Shown here in pieces: positions 25,101-38,727 of a stretch of DNA of 64,000 nucleotides. Numbering within the stretch: the stretch's first letter is position 1; every line of letters begins with the position of its first letter. Under the pieces are notes generated by a model, which was not told the DNA's origin, searched no databases, and saw nothing but the letters and a program-made list of their open reading frames with translations. The position numbers and the translations under genes are program-made. Origin of the DNA: Bugula neritina (lineage: Eukaryota; Animalia; Bryozoa); NCBI GenBank assembly GCA_964035545.1, contig OZ037765.1, positions 12,038,698 through 12,102,697 of the forward strand, given 5' to 3'.

Positions 25101-28100
25101 AAAGACTTCAGCAAATAAAAATACCACCAAGCATTATATTTTTATGAATCTTGCACCAATCTTAATTTTTAACCATAATTTGCCGGTGTGTACTAACTAA
25201 GAAATGATCCATGCAGTTTCATCCCAATAAGGCACATTTTAATGCAGTGGTAGTATGAAATTTATACAGATTGTGTTAGATTTTTTAATAATGGTTAGTA
25301 TTGCAATGAATTTAATCCTATATTTTTTTACTTCTGTAACTTGATTTTATTTTGAAGAATGCTGCTGGGATTTTTTCTGTTGGTATCTAAATTTATGAAT
25401 TCAATGCTTTTGTACAGGTTACCTTTGAAAAGTTGAGTTTATCGTGGAATGATGTGTTGTAGGTGTACCGGCATGTGGACTATGTGACTTTCGAGAATGG
25501 AAATATTATGGATAAATTTTTAAATTACTGGAGAAATAGTGGACACCAGAGAATGGGCTTTTTGATTGGCCATTACGAACAGCATCCAGATATTCCTTTG
25601 GGCATTCGAGCTGTGGTGTCTGCTATATACGAACCCCCTCAGGTTAGACTGTATTCTAGTATGATAGCATTCCACCTGTATGGTATGTAAAAGCTGTAGT
25701 AATTAAGTTAACTTTCGGTAGAGGGGCTTGAAGTTTTACTAATGGCATGTTGATGACTAGGGCTTATTATCAACATCAGTCTCTTTTTATACAGGTGATA
25801 CATTACTTGTTTGTGTCAGACAACTCCCAAATCACAGAAATACTTTTGCTGTTCATAATATTATTATGTTCTGAATTGCATGTTTTATCGTAATTTTATT
25901 TGTGATTTTTGTGTGCGTTGAGCAGACTTGTACGAAGAATAGCATAGAGCTACATGAGGATCCTAACGAGCAGCTTGTCGATGAACTGGCTGCGGAGTTG
26001 GGACTCAGGAGGGTAGGCTGGATATTCACCGACCTTGTAGCTTTAGATCTCACTAAAGGAACTGTGAAACACACAAGAGGCAACCTGGTTCGTACAATTC
26101 TGCTTGTAGTTGCTATGGCTCTAGGGCTAGCAATTGGCAGTGTGTTTGACAGACAAAATGCTCCTATTATACTTGATTTTATTGTCAAGTTGGGGTTGCA
26201 GACTGTTTGAAGTTGTTATTAGTTAAAAATATATGCGTTGCGTAATGATTCAATTGCTTTTCTGTAACAACAGTAAAAAAATTCTAGTGTTTTTATTCAA
26301 GTACAGTAAGTTTGAGGTGTTTCACTTATATATTATAAAGAATAATCTGTTGGCCAAGACTCTATCCTTGATGGGTTGGCTAAACAAATAATGAGGCATA
26401 CTTATAACTTTGATTTCAATTGTACTTAGGTAATATTTAAGAAGAAAACTTTGCAAACTTTTTTGAGAAAGACTTGATGCCAAAAATTTATTAGTATAAT
26501 CTCATTTCAATAATAGTTGGCAGAAAAAATAGAAGGGGGTAAAACACTTGTAGCGTACTTAAATTAAATTTTCAACTCTGTTGTTTATTTTAAACAAATT
26601 GATGTTGATTAGTTATTTTAAGTAAGTGAAACTAGTGGAGAGATTAGTAACCTTGATTTATCTACATTTTCAGGATTCATTTTTTCTAAGCGCGGAAGAA
26701 TGCATAACAGCTGCTGACTTTCAAGACAAATATCCTAATCCCTGCCGATGGTCGTCTGATGGTGTTTACGGATCCAAATTTGTCACAGTTGTAGTCACTG
26801 GTGATAAAGACAACCAAATACATTTTGAAGGTTATATGGTGAGGGTTTTATACAGTTCAATATGTATATTAATTACATGGCAATGTTTTAGTCTATTTAC
26901 TTGTAGTTTAACTTTCTGCTGTAGATTTCGAACTTTGATTCTAATTGTATGAAACTTAGTTGAGCATTTTATCTCAAAAGTTTGGTCTTGTGTATGTGTT
27001 GATTTTGAACTTTTACAATTAATGAACATCCTGTTAATCATATACTTTGGTTATTAGTAGCATGTACGGTCTTATATACAGTCTCTTTCTAAAATAATCT
27101 GTACTCGCCAACAATGCAGATCTTAAAATTCGCCATCTTGCCGGTAAAAACAAAAGATTCGTCGGTAAATATCACTGATGAATTTTTTTAACAATTTATT
27201 ATTTTTCAATTAAGCACATTTCATATTGTCTTGTGATTGACTGAGTTTCAGCTACTGTTGTTGAACTGTTTCTATTTTATCCCACTCCCCCAACTATATT
27301 TTCTCTGGGGGAAACAGTAGATAAAATATATGAAAATAAACATTTATGTTTTCATTTGCTACATGTAAAACATGTGCTCTGCAGGTGTCCGATCAGTGTA
27401 TGGGTTTAGTTAAAGATAACTGTTTAATACCTACATATGATGCATCTGAACTGGGCTACGTCAAAGAATCAAGCAATGAGCAATATGTACCTGATGTCTT
27501 CTACAAGGTTCTATGGCACACAGTTTCTTATTATATTCTCAGTTTTTATTTTAATCAGTTAAAGTTTGTTCTTTATACTCAAGACTCTACAGTCTGTTTA
27601 TGATGTTCTTTTTATGTTTTGGAGTAAATGGAATTATTTTGAATCTTACTTTCTTCTTAGTCAACCACTAATTTGCTGGTTGATACATGACAAGATGTAA
27701 CTTTATTCATGGCTGTTTATCTTTAGATTAAGGACAAGTATGGAAATGAGGTAACACAGCTAGCCAGACCACTCCCGGTTGAGTATCTCCTTACAGATAT
27801 GTCTGTCGGCTTCCCAAAAGAACAAACCTATACATTCGCTGCTCTCAATTCCAACAAGAGTCCATTTCCGTCTTGTAACCGAAGTCAAATAGGTGGGCAT
27901 TCAACAGCAGATTTTCAACACTTTATGTTTAAAAAGGGAATGCAATTTGATAGATGTCTCTTACCTATCTTTCATGCCAACTGTGTGTGCAATAAACATA
28001 GAATTGTAGCATCAATAAAACTTGCTTTCAAATAAATATACTTTGTCATAGAACGGAACTACAACTCTCCAATTGTTGAATAAATGCAAGTTTGATGCAT

Positions 28101-29526
28101 GTAAGCTTTCTGTTAGCCTAATTCTGTACTCTATGTGTCTGATGATGCTTTAGTGTAGTGTACAGTTATTAGAACGTATCAGTATTTCACCAACATTGTT
28201 TCTAGGTGAAATACAGAGTTTAGAAACACTGGCCTCGTATAGGCATCAGTTTGAAGATGATGAAATACTACAGTGCCTTGCTGACTTCAATGTGCTCCTG
28301 TACTTGTGCACATGTGACGTTCTGCCAATGAGAGAACACATCTCCTTGCTGCTTCAATCCATCAAATCACAAGATTCCTCTCAAGCCCTGCAATGGGCTA
28401 AAAGTGAACAGTGGTCTACTATGAGTCACTTACTACAAGCATCTGGTGAGAGTTGCTAATTGATAAGAATTAAATATATTTTCTCTGCCAATCAACCCTA
28501 CCATTTAAATTTATGATAACTTAGTTTGTTGTTAACTTTGAAAATAGTTGCTAAATACATTAAAATTGCCCATGGTAATTAATAAGTACTTGGACATTTA
28601 TGTTGGAAATGTACCACTGTAAATTATGATTTTCTATACTGGCAGTTTTGGTAAACAGAAGTTTCTGTATCTTTATTAAATGAGTTGAAAAAATAAAGCA
28701 TGCATGCAGTAAGAACATGTATCTAAAGAATATTTCTTATATATCACAGGCCTAAAAACCATTGAAAGAGTATGAAATGCAATATTTACATTATGTAGGT
28801 TTATTTTTGTGCTTGTGCTGTTTCTTCCTCCAGACAGACTTTTCTATGGAGCTAGTATTTAAAAAAAAACTCAGTTTCAAAAACAATTAAATGTTAGAAT
28901 GCGGTTAATCTCTTGTGTGCTGCTCTCCTGTGATATTTTCTCTAAACTCAGACCCTCATTAAACTGTGTATCATTTTAAAAGGACTTCTTACACCCAAGG
29001 CAACCTTGTTTTTCAACATAACTGTGAATTTGAAAGCAGTACTGTTTTATAAATTATTTAAGAAATTGCCTTGTTTATCATTGTCTTAATTAATTTTAAA
29101 ATCAATTGGAGCAAAATTGATGTAAAGAAAATAAAATGAATCTACTCAAAAATTACTCTGATATTAAGTTGGCCATTTCATCATTCGATGGATTAAACTT
29201 CAACTAAAATTAAACCTGCAAGTTTACAGAAATTTAAGATTTTAAGTTTATCACTATCAGCTAATTCCTAGTGTGCACACCATAAAGTAAGTGTGACTGA
29301 TACAGCTTCTACAATTTAGCCATTTCTTGTAATCTCAGTGCTTTACTATGTTTATATTCTTGTAGCACCTCATCCAACGACCATGGGAGCCGTAGGTAGA
29401 AGTACTTCATTTGTTGGAGCCAATGCATCTCCTTTGCCTCCTATAGGCTCTACCTGGCAATGCAATCACTGCACTTTCATTAACACAAACCCTACAACCT
29501 GTGATATGTGCATGTTACCCAAATGA
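22148..29526 (+). CDS. NPLOC4: Nuclear protein localization protein 4 (p97/UFD1 cofactor), about 633 aa; 14 coding exons: 22148-22162, 22340-22423, 23223-23335, 23647-23874, 23981-24029, 24133-24227, 24312-24432, 25463-25642, 25926-26087, 26674-26838, 27385-27507, 27727-27892, 28206-28445, 29366-29526
   Basis: UBL domain ([13 protein letters not shown]), zf-NPL4 ([33 protein letters not shown]), MPN-like domain ([35 protein letters not shown]) and C-terminal NZF finger [10 protein letters not shown]...CDMC. Exon phases are consistent (1902 nt). Confidence 0.97.
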
Positions 29527-30872
29527 TTTGTACAAAACATTGATGTGTGTACAGTGTATAGATGTTTATATTACTGTATATGCAAACCTAGTCTGTTGAA
29601 TTTGTACTTCAACATGTAGCTAAGCAATTGCAAAGAATCACCAAAGCTAAATTATTAATACATGTATTGGTGTTCTATGGTGATTGCTCAACAAGACCCA
29701 ATTAGTGGATTTAATGAAAAATTTTGCTGATGTATTGAATGTGTTGATGTCACTAGACAGGTGTCCTTTGTCTTGTCATCTGTCTGATTGAGAGTTTGGA
29801 TCAGATAAGCTTCTCTTTATGTGCATATGTCACATAATAGTTTTTCAATTCTTCATTGTTTTTTGTGGTCTTTATAACAACTGCAAGTAAGATTATCTCC
29901 ACTGCGTAAACTAATACTTCTTTTGTGCCAGCAGCAATAACATGTTATTGCTTATTAAGTAATTATTGTACTTGAACTTTGCAGTTAAAAACAGTTTTAT
30001 GTTATGTCTCCAAATTATTTATTACAAATAATAAAAATGTCATAATTTATTACTCATTTAGCTTGTGATCATTTTTGCTTAAAAATTGGTAAAATCAAAA
30101 ATGTTGCATTGTTCACTTTTGCTTTGCAATTATGTATGGTTATCAACTAGGGAATATAGCTCTAATTTCAGATCTATACATGGTTAAAAATAAAATATTA
30201 GCATTGCTCTTATTTTTACTGATAGCATTTTATTTTTAAACCAAAACTATGGCTAGATCTCAACTTTATAAAGTTTTAGACTAAACTAAGTTTTTTTTAC
30301 ATCCAGCTTGGTTTTAAGGTATTTTGTTTGGCCCACGGTGAAGTGGGATTTGAAAGAAATGGGCAAATTATTATTTTTTATTCTTGCTTCAAAATTAAGA
30401 GTTAGCTTCTCAATTTAAGCTTCACAGTTGATAGTGTAAAAATATCTGAAATATGTAGTTTGAATTTTAGCTACATAATAGCGAAAAATGATTCTGAGGC
30501 AGTTGGTAGGTAATTGTCAAGCTAGCTTGAATGTTATCACTAAAATGTCATCTAGTTAATTAACTTTATGAGCAGGAGGAATGCAATTTTAGCTACATGG
30601 AGTTGATTCAGAGTTGTCCCTCTTATGAGAACCATTCGGAAATACTAACCTTTCATCTTTGCCTGCAAATAGATGTATTTTCTTTTTTTTTCGTGCATTA
30701 TTTTATCAAATGAAGAGTTCATCATCATCATCATAATAATATTATTATGAGAACCTCGCCACTTTCAAGAGACGAATTGACGATTTAATAAAAGGCATTT
30801 CAACGGAAAACCCATTCACATCGACTGCGTCATATCAATAAGAATGATGGGAGAATGTGCGTTTAAAAGTAT

Positions 30873-31039
30873 TGAATGGTTTTATAAGCAGCTCCAAGTT
30901 GGGAGTGACCAAGTGCAGTAATTTGTAGTTCTCGAGTTCGGCGTTATAAGTTTCAATTTATACCCCAACTTCAAACTCGAGAACCGCAAATTACTGCACT
31001 CAGTGACTCCCAACTCGGAGCTGCTTATAGAGCCATTCA
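30873..31039. mobile_element. 167-bp fold-back (long imperfect palindrome), probable MITE
   Basis: Arms of about 66 bp: TGAATGG...GCAGCTCC...GGGAGT...GTGCAGTAATTTG...TTCTCGAGTT and its inverse. AAGTATT occurs on both flanks. Confidence 0.75.
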
Positions 31040-31239
31040 CAAGTATTAGCTTTAGTATTAATATTGTTATTAATCACAATTTTATGACAGCTCGAAGTTG
31101 AACTGACGTTTTAACTTGTAGTTATTCTTCTTTGCTGGCTGATGCAATATTATTTACAATTTAAATAGGAATCTTATGCTTAATATGGGCATCGTTGTTT
31201 TTGGGTTAACTCTCAATATTATATTAAATAATTAAATTT

Positions 31240-31760
31240 AATATTGGCTATAAGTATAAGTATAAGTATAACTACTTCACTCCGACTTGCCCTTGCCCTT
31301 GGGCCTTGGCCTTGGGCTTAGAGTTACTGTTACTGTTATTGATACTGTTAAAGTTAGAGTTGGTATTTCAATTTTGCTAGTATTACTATTACTATTAGTA
31401 TAACTTTAAGTATTTGATTTAGTATAACTATAAGTATTACTATTACTATTACTATTAGTATTACTATTACTATTAGTATTAGTGTTACTAATAGTAATAC
31501 AGTAATACTAATAGTAATAGTGTAATAGTAATACTAGTAGTAATAGTAGCAATAGTTATAGACATAAACTATTATAAAGTACTAGAAGTAGAAGTTTGTA
31601 CTTTGTTATGGGTGCAGGATTTTTTTCCATATGATTATAATTATGTTGATATAAAACTAAAAATGTATGTTTAAACATTACATTGATATCATAAACATAG
31701 TAGTAGTAATACTAATACTAATAGTAATACTAATACTAATAGTTAATAAATAATAATTAT
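31240..31760. repeat. Degenerate hexamer-periodic tract upstream of the MTHFD2 coding exons
   Basis: (TATAAG)n, CTTGCCCTTGCCCTTGGG, (GTTACT)n, (TATTAC)n and (TAATAG/TAATAC)n arrays. Confidence 0.8.
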
Positions 31761-32989
31761 CAAATTCTATATCAGTTGTACATGTTAGTTGTTACACAAT
31801 TATTATTTATTTCAATTTGTTTATACTTTAATTAAAGCATCATGATAATCTAAATCATTGTAACACTAACAGCTCTCTAACTCTTGGCACTTATAGAAAC
31901 TTGAACATCTCATTTACATCAAGTGCTAAAACTGAGTTAAGCTGATTTAATAACTATAAGTTGATTTGTGGAAAAGTCAAAAAGTTTTAGGCAAGTCACT
32001 CACAATTAATTTTATTAGTAGCATTTGATTGCCAAATAATATAGTGATACTCTCTAATAGTATTATCAATAGTTATGTTTTAATAAGTCAATAATTTCAG
32101 CAGTCTATAATATTCAAGCACTTCAGTAGGCGGGTCCTCATTTCATATCAGCATGGTTTGAATCTAGATCTGCTATCAGTCTAAATGTGTATATCAACGT
32201 TTGATGAATTGTGAAATAATTATTCCAGTTTTTACTATTGTCATTAATTTGTATTTGCCAAGAGTAAAAACTACCAAATTTCCAATTTAGCCTTTAGCAT
32301 TTATGACAAGAGTTTATTCTTTAAATAAATTCAAATTGGTAAGATGATTTTTTAGTGGTATTTTAGTAAAAATTCTAGCAATTAATTACAACTTAATCTT
32401 TTTGTAAATTCATTAACTATTATGATTCAATTCTTTATTTTAATTTCATTTTTCATTAAACAGAATTGAATGTTAATTTCAAAATAGCTAAACCCAAAGC
32501 TACATATTTTTACTTTTTGGTAATTTCAACCCACTAAATTCGTGTAACTATCCACTATTCAGCAATAATTTTATGTAATCCTTCTAATGGATTGAAGTAA
32601 TAATGTACATGCAAGTTAATTCTAATTGACTTGAATCATTAATTGACTTGATTTTAATTTTTTTCTGAACTATGGCCTAATCTAAATAACTTGGTTAGTT
32701 ATTAACTCAACTTTTATGCTGTAACTGACCCAGCTTTGCTGCCGCATGACCTAGACTATAAGATGTATGCTATATAACTTAGAGCTGCTTTAATTCAACT
32801 TGGGTGGTCTAAAAACTGGTTGCTTATAATTAATATTATACGTAGATACCAATAGCAGTAAAATAAGATTAAGCGGAACTTCAACTTTACTGGCTATATT
32901 TTCACTAATACAAATACTAATAAACTTATAATTTTTATTACACGCAACTTTTCATGATAAACAATAAGTCAAATAGACATAATTCTTTG

Positions 32990-33470
32990 AACTAGGGCCT
33001 TTCAAGGATAAGTTCTAGGACCAATGTTTTTCCTAACTTATATCAACAGTTTCCCAAATTATCCACGTGCAAAGTTTATTAATATGCAGAGGCTAGCAAT
33101 GAAAGATGAAGGCAAGCTTTCTATAAAGACTTGAATTACGCAAGCCATTGAAGCGGAAAAGGTAATTCAACATTGAAAAGTAGTAAAGTCATCAACGCCT
33201 TCACTCTATATATACAATTCTAAATGCCACCCTCTAATCTTTAAAAGAGAAGACGTACCTCAGTGTAGTCCAGCAGTTCCATCTGAGGCTCGACAAACAT
33301 ATGCATGTAAACTTGACAATGCCGACAAAATATATGGCTGCATTTAACATTAAATTTATGAAGATCTCACTCATTGAAGCCAAATTAACTTCCTATTTTA
33401 GCTTATGTAGGCGGACTCTTGGATATGCAGGCACTTTCTGGGACCCAACAAACAAAAGCCATTTTTGACG
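32990..33470 (+). mobile_element. Highly decayed non-LTR retrotransposon (CR1/L2-group) reverse transcriptase fragment
   Basis: QG*VLGPMFFLTYINSFP at about 33003 resembles PQGSVLGPLLFLIYINDLP. YFSLCRRTLGYAGTFWDP at about 33394 resembles YxSLVRPxLEYAxxVWDP. Stops and frameshifts are present. Confidence 0.7.
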
Positions 33471-33891
33471 CAATTTGATGTTTTAAAAATCAAGTCATCA
33501 AGTTTATTAGAAACTATAAAATAAGACATTGTATCAGCAGAAGACACTCACAGATTGACAGAAGATGATGACTTCTTTAAAATATAAATAGTCTTATGAT
33601 GTGTTATCAAAATCAAACTTTACTGCATCCATTTCTATATCATCAGTGGCCTTTTAGCAACAGATTTCTTTTCTAAAACATCAGGATTGTAATATATTAC
33701 TTAACAGTACTCAGCTCCACTTGCTACATAATAAAATCCTATAATGTACATTATTCAAATCACCAAATCAAGCAAAAAAAGCAAATTGTTACCAAAGTCT
33801 TAGTTTTAAATTTTGGGATTGTATTTATGTAGAATAGGCATATCATTATAAAAATATTGTTATATTTAATATAAATATTGATTGCCCATTT

Positions 33892-33998
33892 GGAGCAGCT
33901 GTAATTTAGTGGTTAGAGCACTACCCTAGTAAACACTAAGTCCATTGGTTCAGATTGGTGATATTAAAAAAGGCCTCAAGTCATCAGCTCTTATGCTA
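33892..33998 (+). mobile_element. tRNA-derived SINE, old degenerate 5' fragment
   Basis: GGAGCAGCTGTAATTTAGTGGTTAGAGCACTACCCTAGTAAACAC...ATTGGTGATATTA aligns with the head of the 37512 and 37992 copies. Confidence 0.65.
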
Positions 33999-34893
33999 CA
34001 AGCAGAAGCCCTTGAACCATGTTGCCAACATAGTAAGAGACATAATCTTTAGCCCATTTAAAAGCACATGCTATCATGGTTTCTCATAAGTATGGAGACT
34101 TCAACTAAGCATCAGTTTTTGTACCCATTTGAATTACGCATAAGAATAGATGTATGGTTGGTCAAGACATAATGGTGATTCAAACAAAAAATGATTTAAA
34201 TAATTTTTTTAGTGAAGTATGAAAATTATTTAAATTAACCAAATTCATGTAGACTGATTGTAAGTCTTTAATGCTCAGCTTCATGCCAGTCAACACTTGT
34301 AAAGCGTAGTCGAATATTCCGATTTATTTCTTCCGAAAGGCATACCATAGTTTTGTGCATCCAACAGTTCAAGTTTTTAAATCTATTTTAATACACACGG
34401 GCACACATTCATAATACATGGATAAGTTCAATACATTTTTTAACACATTATAATGATGCCAAAGCCAATATGAAATATAGTACTTGCTGACCCGATTACC
34501 CAAAAATCTTCAACTGTAAATACAATACATAGCTAAAATCATTGAGTTGTTTGAACTAGCCTGAATAATCATATAAAAACTATTATATTAATACAGATTC
34601 AAAATTAGTATAATACTGTTAGATAGTTTTAAATGTTGCTATTGAATTATAAGATACTATTGTATGTATTCATGCACAATTATTTAAGTTTGATGCATCA
34701 AACTAACTATTTTGAAAGTTGTTTTTAAAGTGGTTTAAAGTATGATGTTTGTGGTATTTTGTTGTATTATATTGTAATGATCGCATGTATAGATGTGTGA
34801 TCATACTAATCTGACATTAATGTTATTTTTGTATTTTAGTTCAGTTTATTGCAAGTAAAGAAATACCCTCACAATTTTGCAGTTATTAGAAAA

Positions 34894-37800
34894 ATGCAGT
34901 CATGTTTATTCTATAGATGTATAAGACAGAAAATAATTGATAACTGCTCAAGAAATTTCTCTTTATCGGCTATCAGGTTAGCTTTTTTCTCTTGCATTAT
35001 TAGAATCTCCTTTAGGGTCCTCTGTATTTAGCCGTTAGAAATATAAAATGGTTAGGGGTTTTTTTAAATAAAAAATGCAAGTAAATCTATCTATAATGTT
35101 TAGTTTGAAAGTTGCTGGTTTTGAACCATTTCACTTTTAATTGTTTTCCTAAAAAGTTCTTGTAAAATAGCTATAAATAGCAAAATTTGTCAAAACATAG
35201 GGTAAATTTTGATAACATTGATTACAATTGTTATCCATTTGATTTCACTAAATATTGTATTTGAAAACATCTAACCGGACACAGAGATATAGATATTGGC
35301 CAAAATTTTTTTTGTATCAATGGAAAAGGATGTAAATATTGATCTATTATTGATAGTCTGGCATACATAGTTCTGTATTTCATTATATAATAATTATAGT
35401 GTTGCTAGTAAAACTGCTTAGCTCAAAACATGCTGTAATATTAGAGTTCCTAGTTGATAATTAAAAGTCTGCTTCCCTTTGATTGGATTGGAAATGGTTT
35501 GTTTTATAGAGAAAGAGCCACCATCATTGATGGCAAACAAATAGCTAATGATATTCAAACTGAGGTTAGAGATGAAGTGCAAACTTTGGTATCGGCTGGC
35601 CGCCGTCCTCCTCATCTCACCGCAATCCAAGTGGGCGACGACCCAGCTAGCGCCACCTATGTACGGAATAAAATGCGGGCAACTGGCTCGGTCGGTGAGC
35701 AATATTCTTTTCAAGTTTAAATGTACTTTTGATCTCAGGTCATTTTTTGCAGTAGCTCCTCGGGGCTAATCGCCATTGATATCATTTAACACATCTGGTG
35801 TATCATTAGACAACATGGGGTATTGCCATGATTGTATACTGTGTACCCGATTCTCATCTTGACTGTATATATAAATTCAACTGATAGTAATGGCTTGTCT
35901 TGAATCAAGTTTTAGAATCTTCAACAACCTTATTTTCTTGCTCTACTCTTATGATTGAGCACAATATTTTAAAGCAGATGTGATTTTAGGCATGACAAGT
36001 GAAACGATTAGGTTAGATAATAGTATCTCTCAAGAAGCTCTCTTGGAAATAATAGATGAGAAGAATAAAGACGATGATACCGATGGCATTCTAGTCCAGT
36101 TGCCTGTCCCGGCACATATGAGGTAGGCTTGTTAACTCATATACAAGTTTTATCTAACTCTACATTTGCTTCAGCTTTGTTGTTACAGTAAACCTGGAGA
36201 CTTCATTACATGCACAAGTTTCCATTGTTAGAGACTAAGTTACAGTAGATTGCTGTAGAATTCAGGCATATAGCTGCAGATTGTGTTTTTGGTAAAGCCG
36301 CAGTTGCCATGACAACTAGCCAGTTCTCTATACACAATCCTTATAACCTAGTTAATCCATTTCAGAGATAAATACCTATATATTTACATGTTAGTATAAC
36401 AGCTCAAATTAATCTGTAAAAAAAGACGTGTTGCTACCATCTTTTATACTTGTTGTAATGGCTTGTGAATTACAAGTACAGTGCAAGTGTCTTAGTATAT
36501 AACTAGTATATAACTTAGTAGGCTTCATATTCAACTGTCTATTAGTGTAGTGCAGTGGATAGGGGCTCAATCCATGTCACTGTGACTTTCAACTCTCCTA
36601 ATAATATTATTTTTGCCATATATTAGGATAAAGTGCAGCAAAAATATATTACAGTTTAGTGTTATTAGTAAAATCAAACAGTATTCATATCACTGCAGTA
36701 GGTATGGTGAGGTGGACCTTTAGGAAGTGCATATGTTAAGTCATAGAAAACTGCATGCTTTCGTAATATAACAAGTTTAAACTGGTTGCAACTGGGTGAT
36801 TAATAATTGTAATTATCTTTTCAGCTTATTCATTCAGCCATAACAATAGCAATATGCTGGTAAGTGCACCTTTATAACTTGATTGCTGTACTTTTTAATT
36901 CACCAGTGAACGGGCCATTTGCAATGCCATAACTCCAGACAAAGATGTTGATGGGTTTCATCTGATAAACGTTGGCCGGTTTTGCACAGACCTGAAGTGT
37001 TTGCTTCCAGCAACACCTGCTGGTATAATGGAACTCCTCCGTAGATCAGGTGACTGATGCTGCCTCGTAGTTGGGGAAACCCAAATATCTCTCTATTCTT
37101 CTTGTTAGCATAGTTTATATTTGTTTGAACTGATGGATAATCAGATTCATTAACACTTGTGCTGCTTTCAAAGAGGTCCTACTTGTGTCAGTGATGCAGG
37201 TGTATATTCACACTCTGGTTGTACATGGTTTATTGACTTTTAGAATTATATCAGTTGTCTAAGTTAATAGCTATAACTGCTAATCTTTTATGCAGTATCT
37301 TACATGCCATGTTGATATATTAATACAGGCATCGAGACTTATGGTAAAAATGCCGTTGTATGTGGCAGATCGAAGAATGTTGGTATGCCTACGGCCATGT
37401 TGCTACATTCTGATGGCATTGGAGAGACAAATGCTGGTGAGTTTATATCTACTCTATAGTACTTGTTGACATCACCAGTTAATACGTGTTATACTGGTGG
37501 TATACTAATAAAACCCTCATGAAAGTGTATAGTCTTCATCCCTGTTAGAAAACCTCTGATAAAAAGTTTTTTATTAAATTGGTCTAAGGACATATTCAGA
37601 TGAGGCACAGGAACAATTATGACTGGATGCTCTTCCTAACATCACCAATGGCCTTTGTCATGGGTTCAGAGCCCATGACTTTGTGTTTACTAGTCAAACG
37701 CTCTAACCCCTAGACCACGGCTGCTCCCTGGTTGCATACTAATAATAGTTACATTTTAAATATCATCGTTATTATATAGAAGTTAATTATAGTTATTCAA

Positions 37801-38727
37801 ATGTAAATTAGACAGGCTAAATTAGACAGGTGCTCTGTCAAAGTTTTCATTTGGGCGTTTTCATAATCTTCGTGGTCATTCAAGTGAAGCTTAATTTCAT
37901 TACAATTAGAGTCTAGCAAATTTGCAATCCATCAATCATATCAATGAGCGAATTCTCCAAAACATCTTCTTTATGCAACTACCTTATATATAAAAAAACT
38001 CACACAAGTTTATAGTCACTATCCCTGTGAGAAACCCCTGATAGAAAGGGTTTTTGTTGAAGCGGGCTAAGGACTTATTTAAATGAGGCACAGGAGCAGT
38101 TATGACTGGATGCTCTTCCTAACATCACCAATGGCCTTTGTCCGGGCTCGAACCCATGACCTTCGTATTTACCAGGCAAACACTCTGACCCCTAGACCAC
38201 GGCTGCTTATATATGTTACCTTATATTCTTATCTTCAAGTGTTGAGTTTACACTACATACTCTTTCCCCCACAGGTGATGCAACTACCACAATATGTCAC
38301 AGGTACACCCCAAAGGACCAGCTGCTGCATCATGTCAAACACGCTGACATTCTGGTGGTAGCCACTGGTGTCCCGGGCCTCATACACGGAGATATGCTCA
38401 AACCCGGATGTGCCGTCATCGATGTGGGCATCAATCGTGTGAAAAACCCAGATACAGGAAAGACCAGGCTAGTCGGTGACTGCCATTTTGACAGTAAGGA
38501 TCAAATTACTACCTTGACAATATTAATAAGTTGCATGGCTATTATAGTCTAGTGTTTTATGGCTTATGGGAAATAGTGATTCCAACTTTGTGTGTTTAAC
38601 AGGCTGTGTGGAAACTGCTGGGTGGATAACTCCAGTGCCCGGAGGAGTTGGCCCGATGACAGTCGCCATGCTCATGAAGAATACACTTCAGGCGGCCATT
38701 GGGCGCATACATTATGACGAGTTCTAA
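34894..38727 (+). CDS. MTHFD2: Mitochondrial bifunctional methylenetetrahydrofolate dehydrogenase/cyclohydrolase, about 331 aa; exons 34894-34976, 35510-35694, 35990-36122, 36907-37049, 37329-37436, 38275-38493, 38603-38727
   Basis: Transit-peptide-like [12 protein letters not shown]...RNFSLSAIR, then [66 protein letters not shown] and [20 protein letters not shown]. Phases are consistent (996 nt). Confidence 0.95.
37512..37727 (-). mobile_element. Full-length tRNA-Thr(AGT)-derived SINE with about 18-bp TSD
   Basis: The minus strand begins GGAGCAGCCGTGGTCTAGGGGTTAGAGCGTTTGACTAGTAAACAC (A box, anticodon loop CTAGTAA). Flanks are CTGGTGGTATACTAATAA (37494) and CTGGTTGCATACTAATAA (37728). Confidence 0.85.
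37992..38207 (-). mobile_element. tRNA-derived SINE, near full length
   Basis: A box TGGTCTAGGGG and B box GGTTCGAGCCC on the minus strand. The body is collinear with the 37512 copy and the 3' end is T-rich. CTTATATAT occurs on both sides. Confidence 0.85.

Noticed and set aside
27078-27320. Possible hAT-like MITE in an NPLOC4 intron
   Set aside because: Only the right end (CTGGGGGAAACAG) looks terminal; the left TIR and TSD are unconvincing.
5975-29526. Functional cluster of ubiquitin/p97 genes (OTULIN-like next to NPLOC4)
   Set aside because: MRPS21 separates them and there is no shared regulatory evidence; adjacency in a compact animal genome is probably chance.
38130-38207. tRNA gene
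   Set aside because: The acceptor and anticodon stems do not close, and it is the head of a multi-copy SINE.
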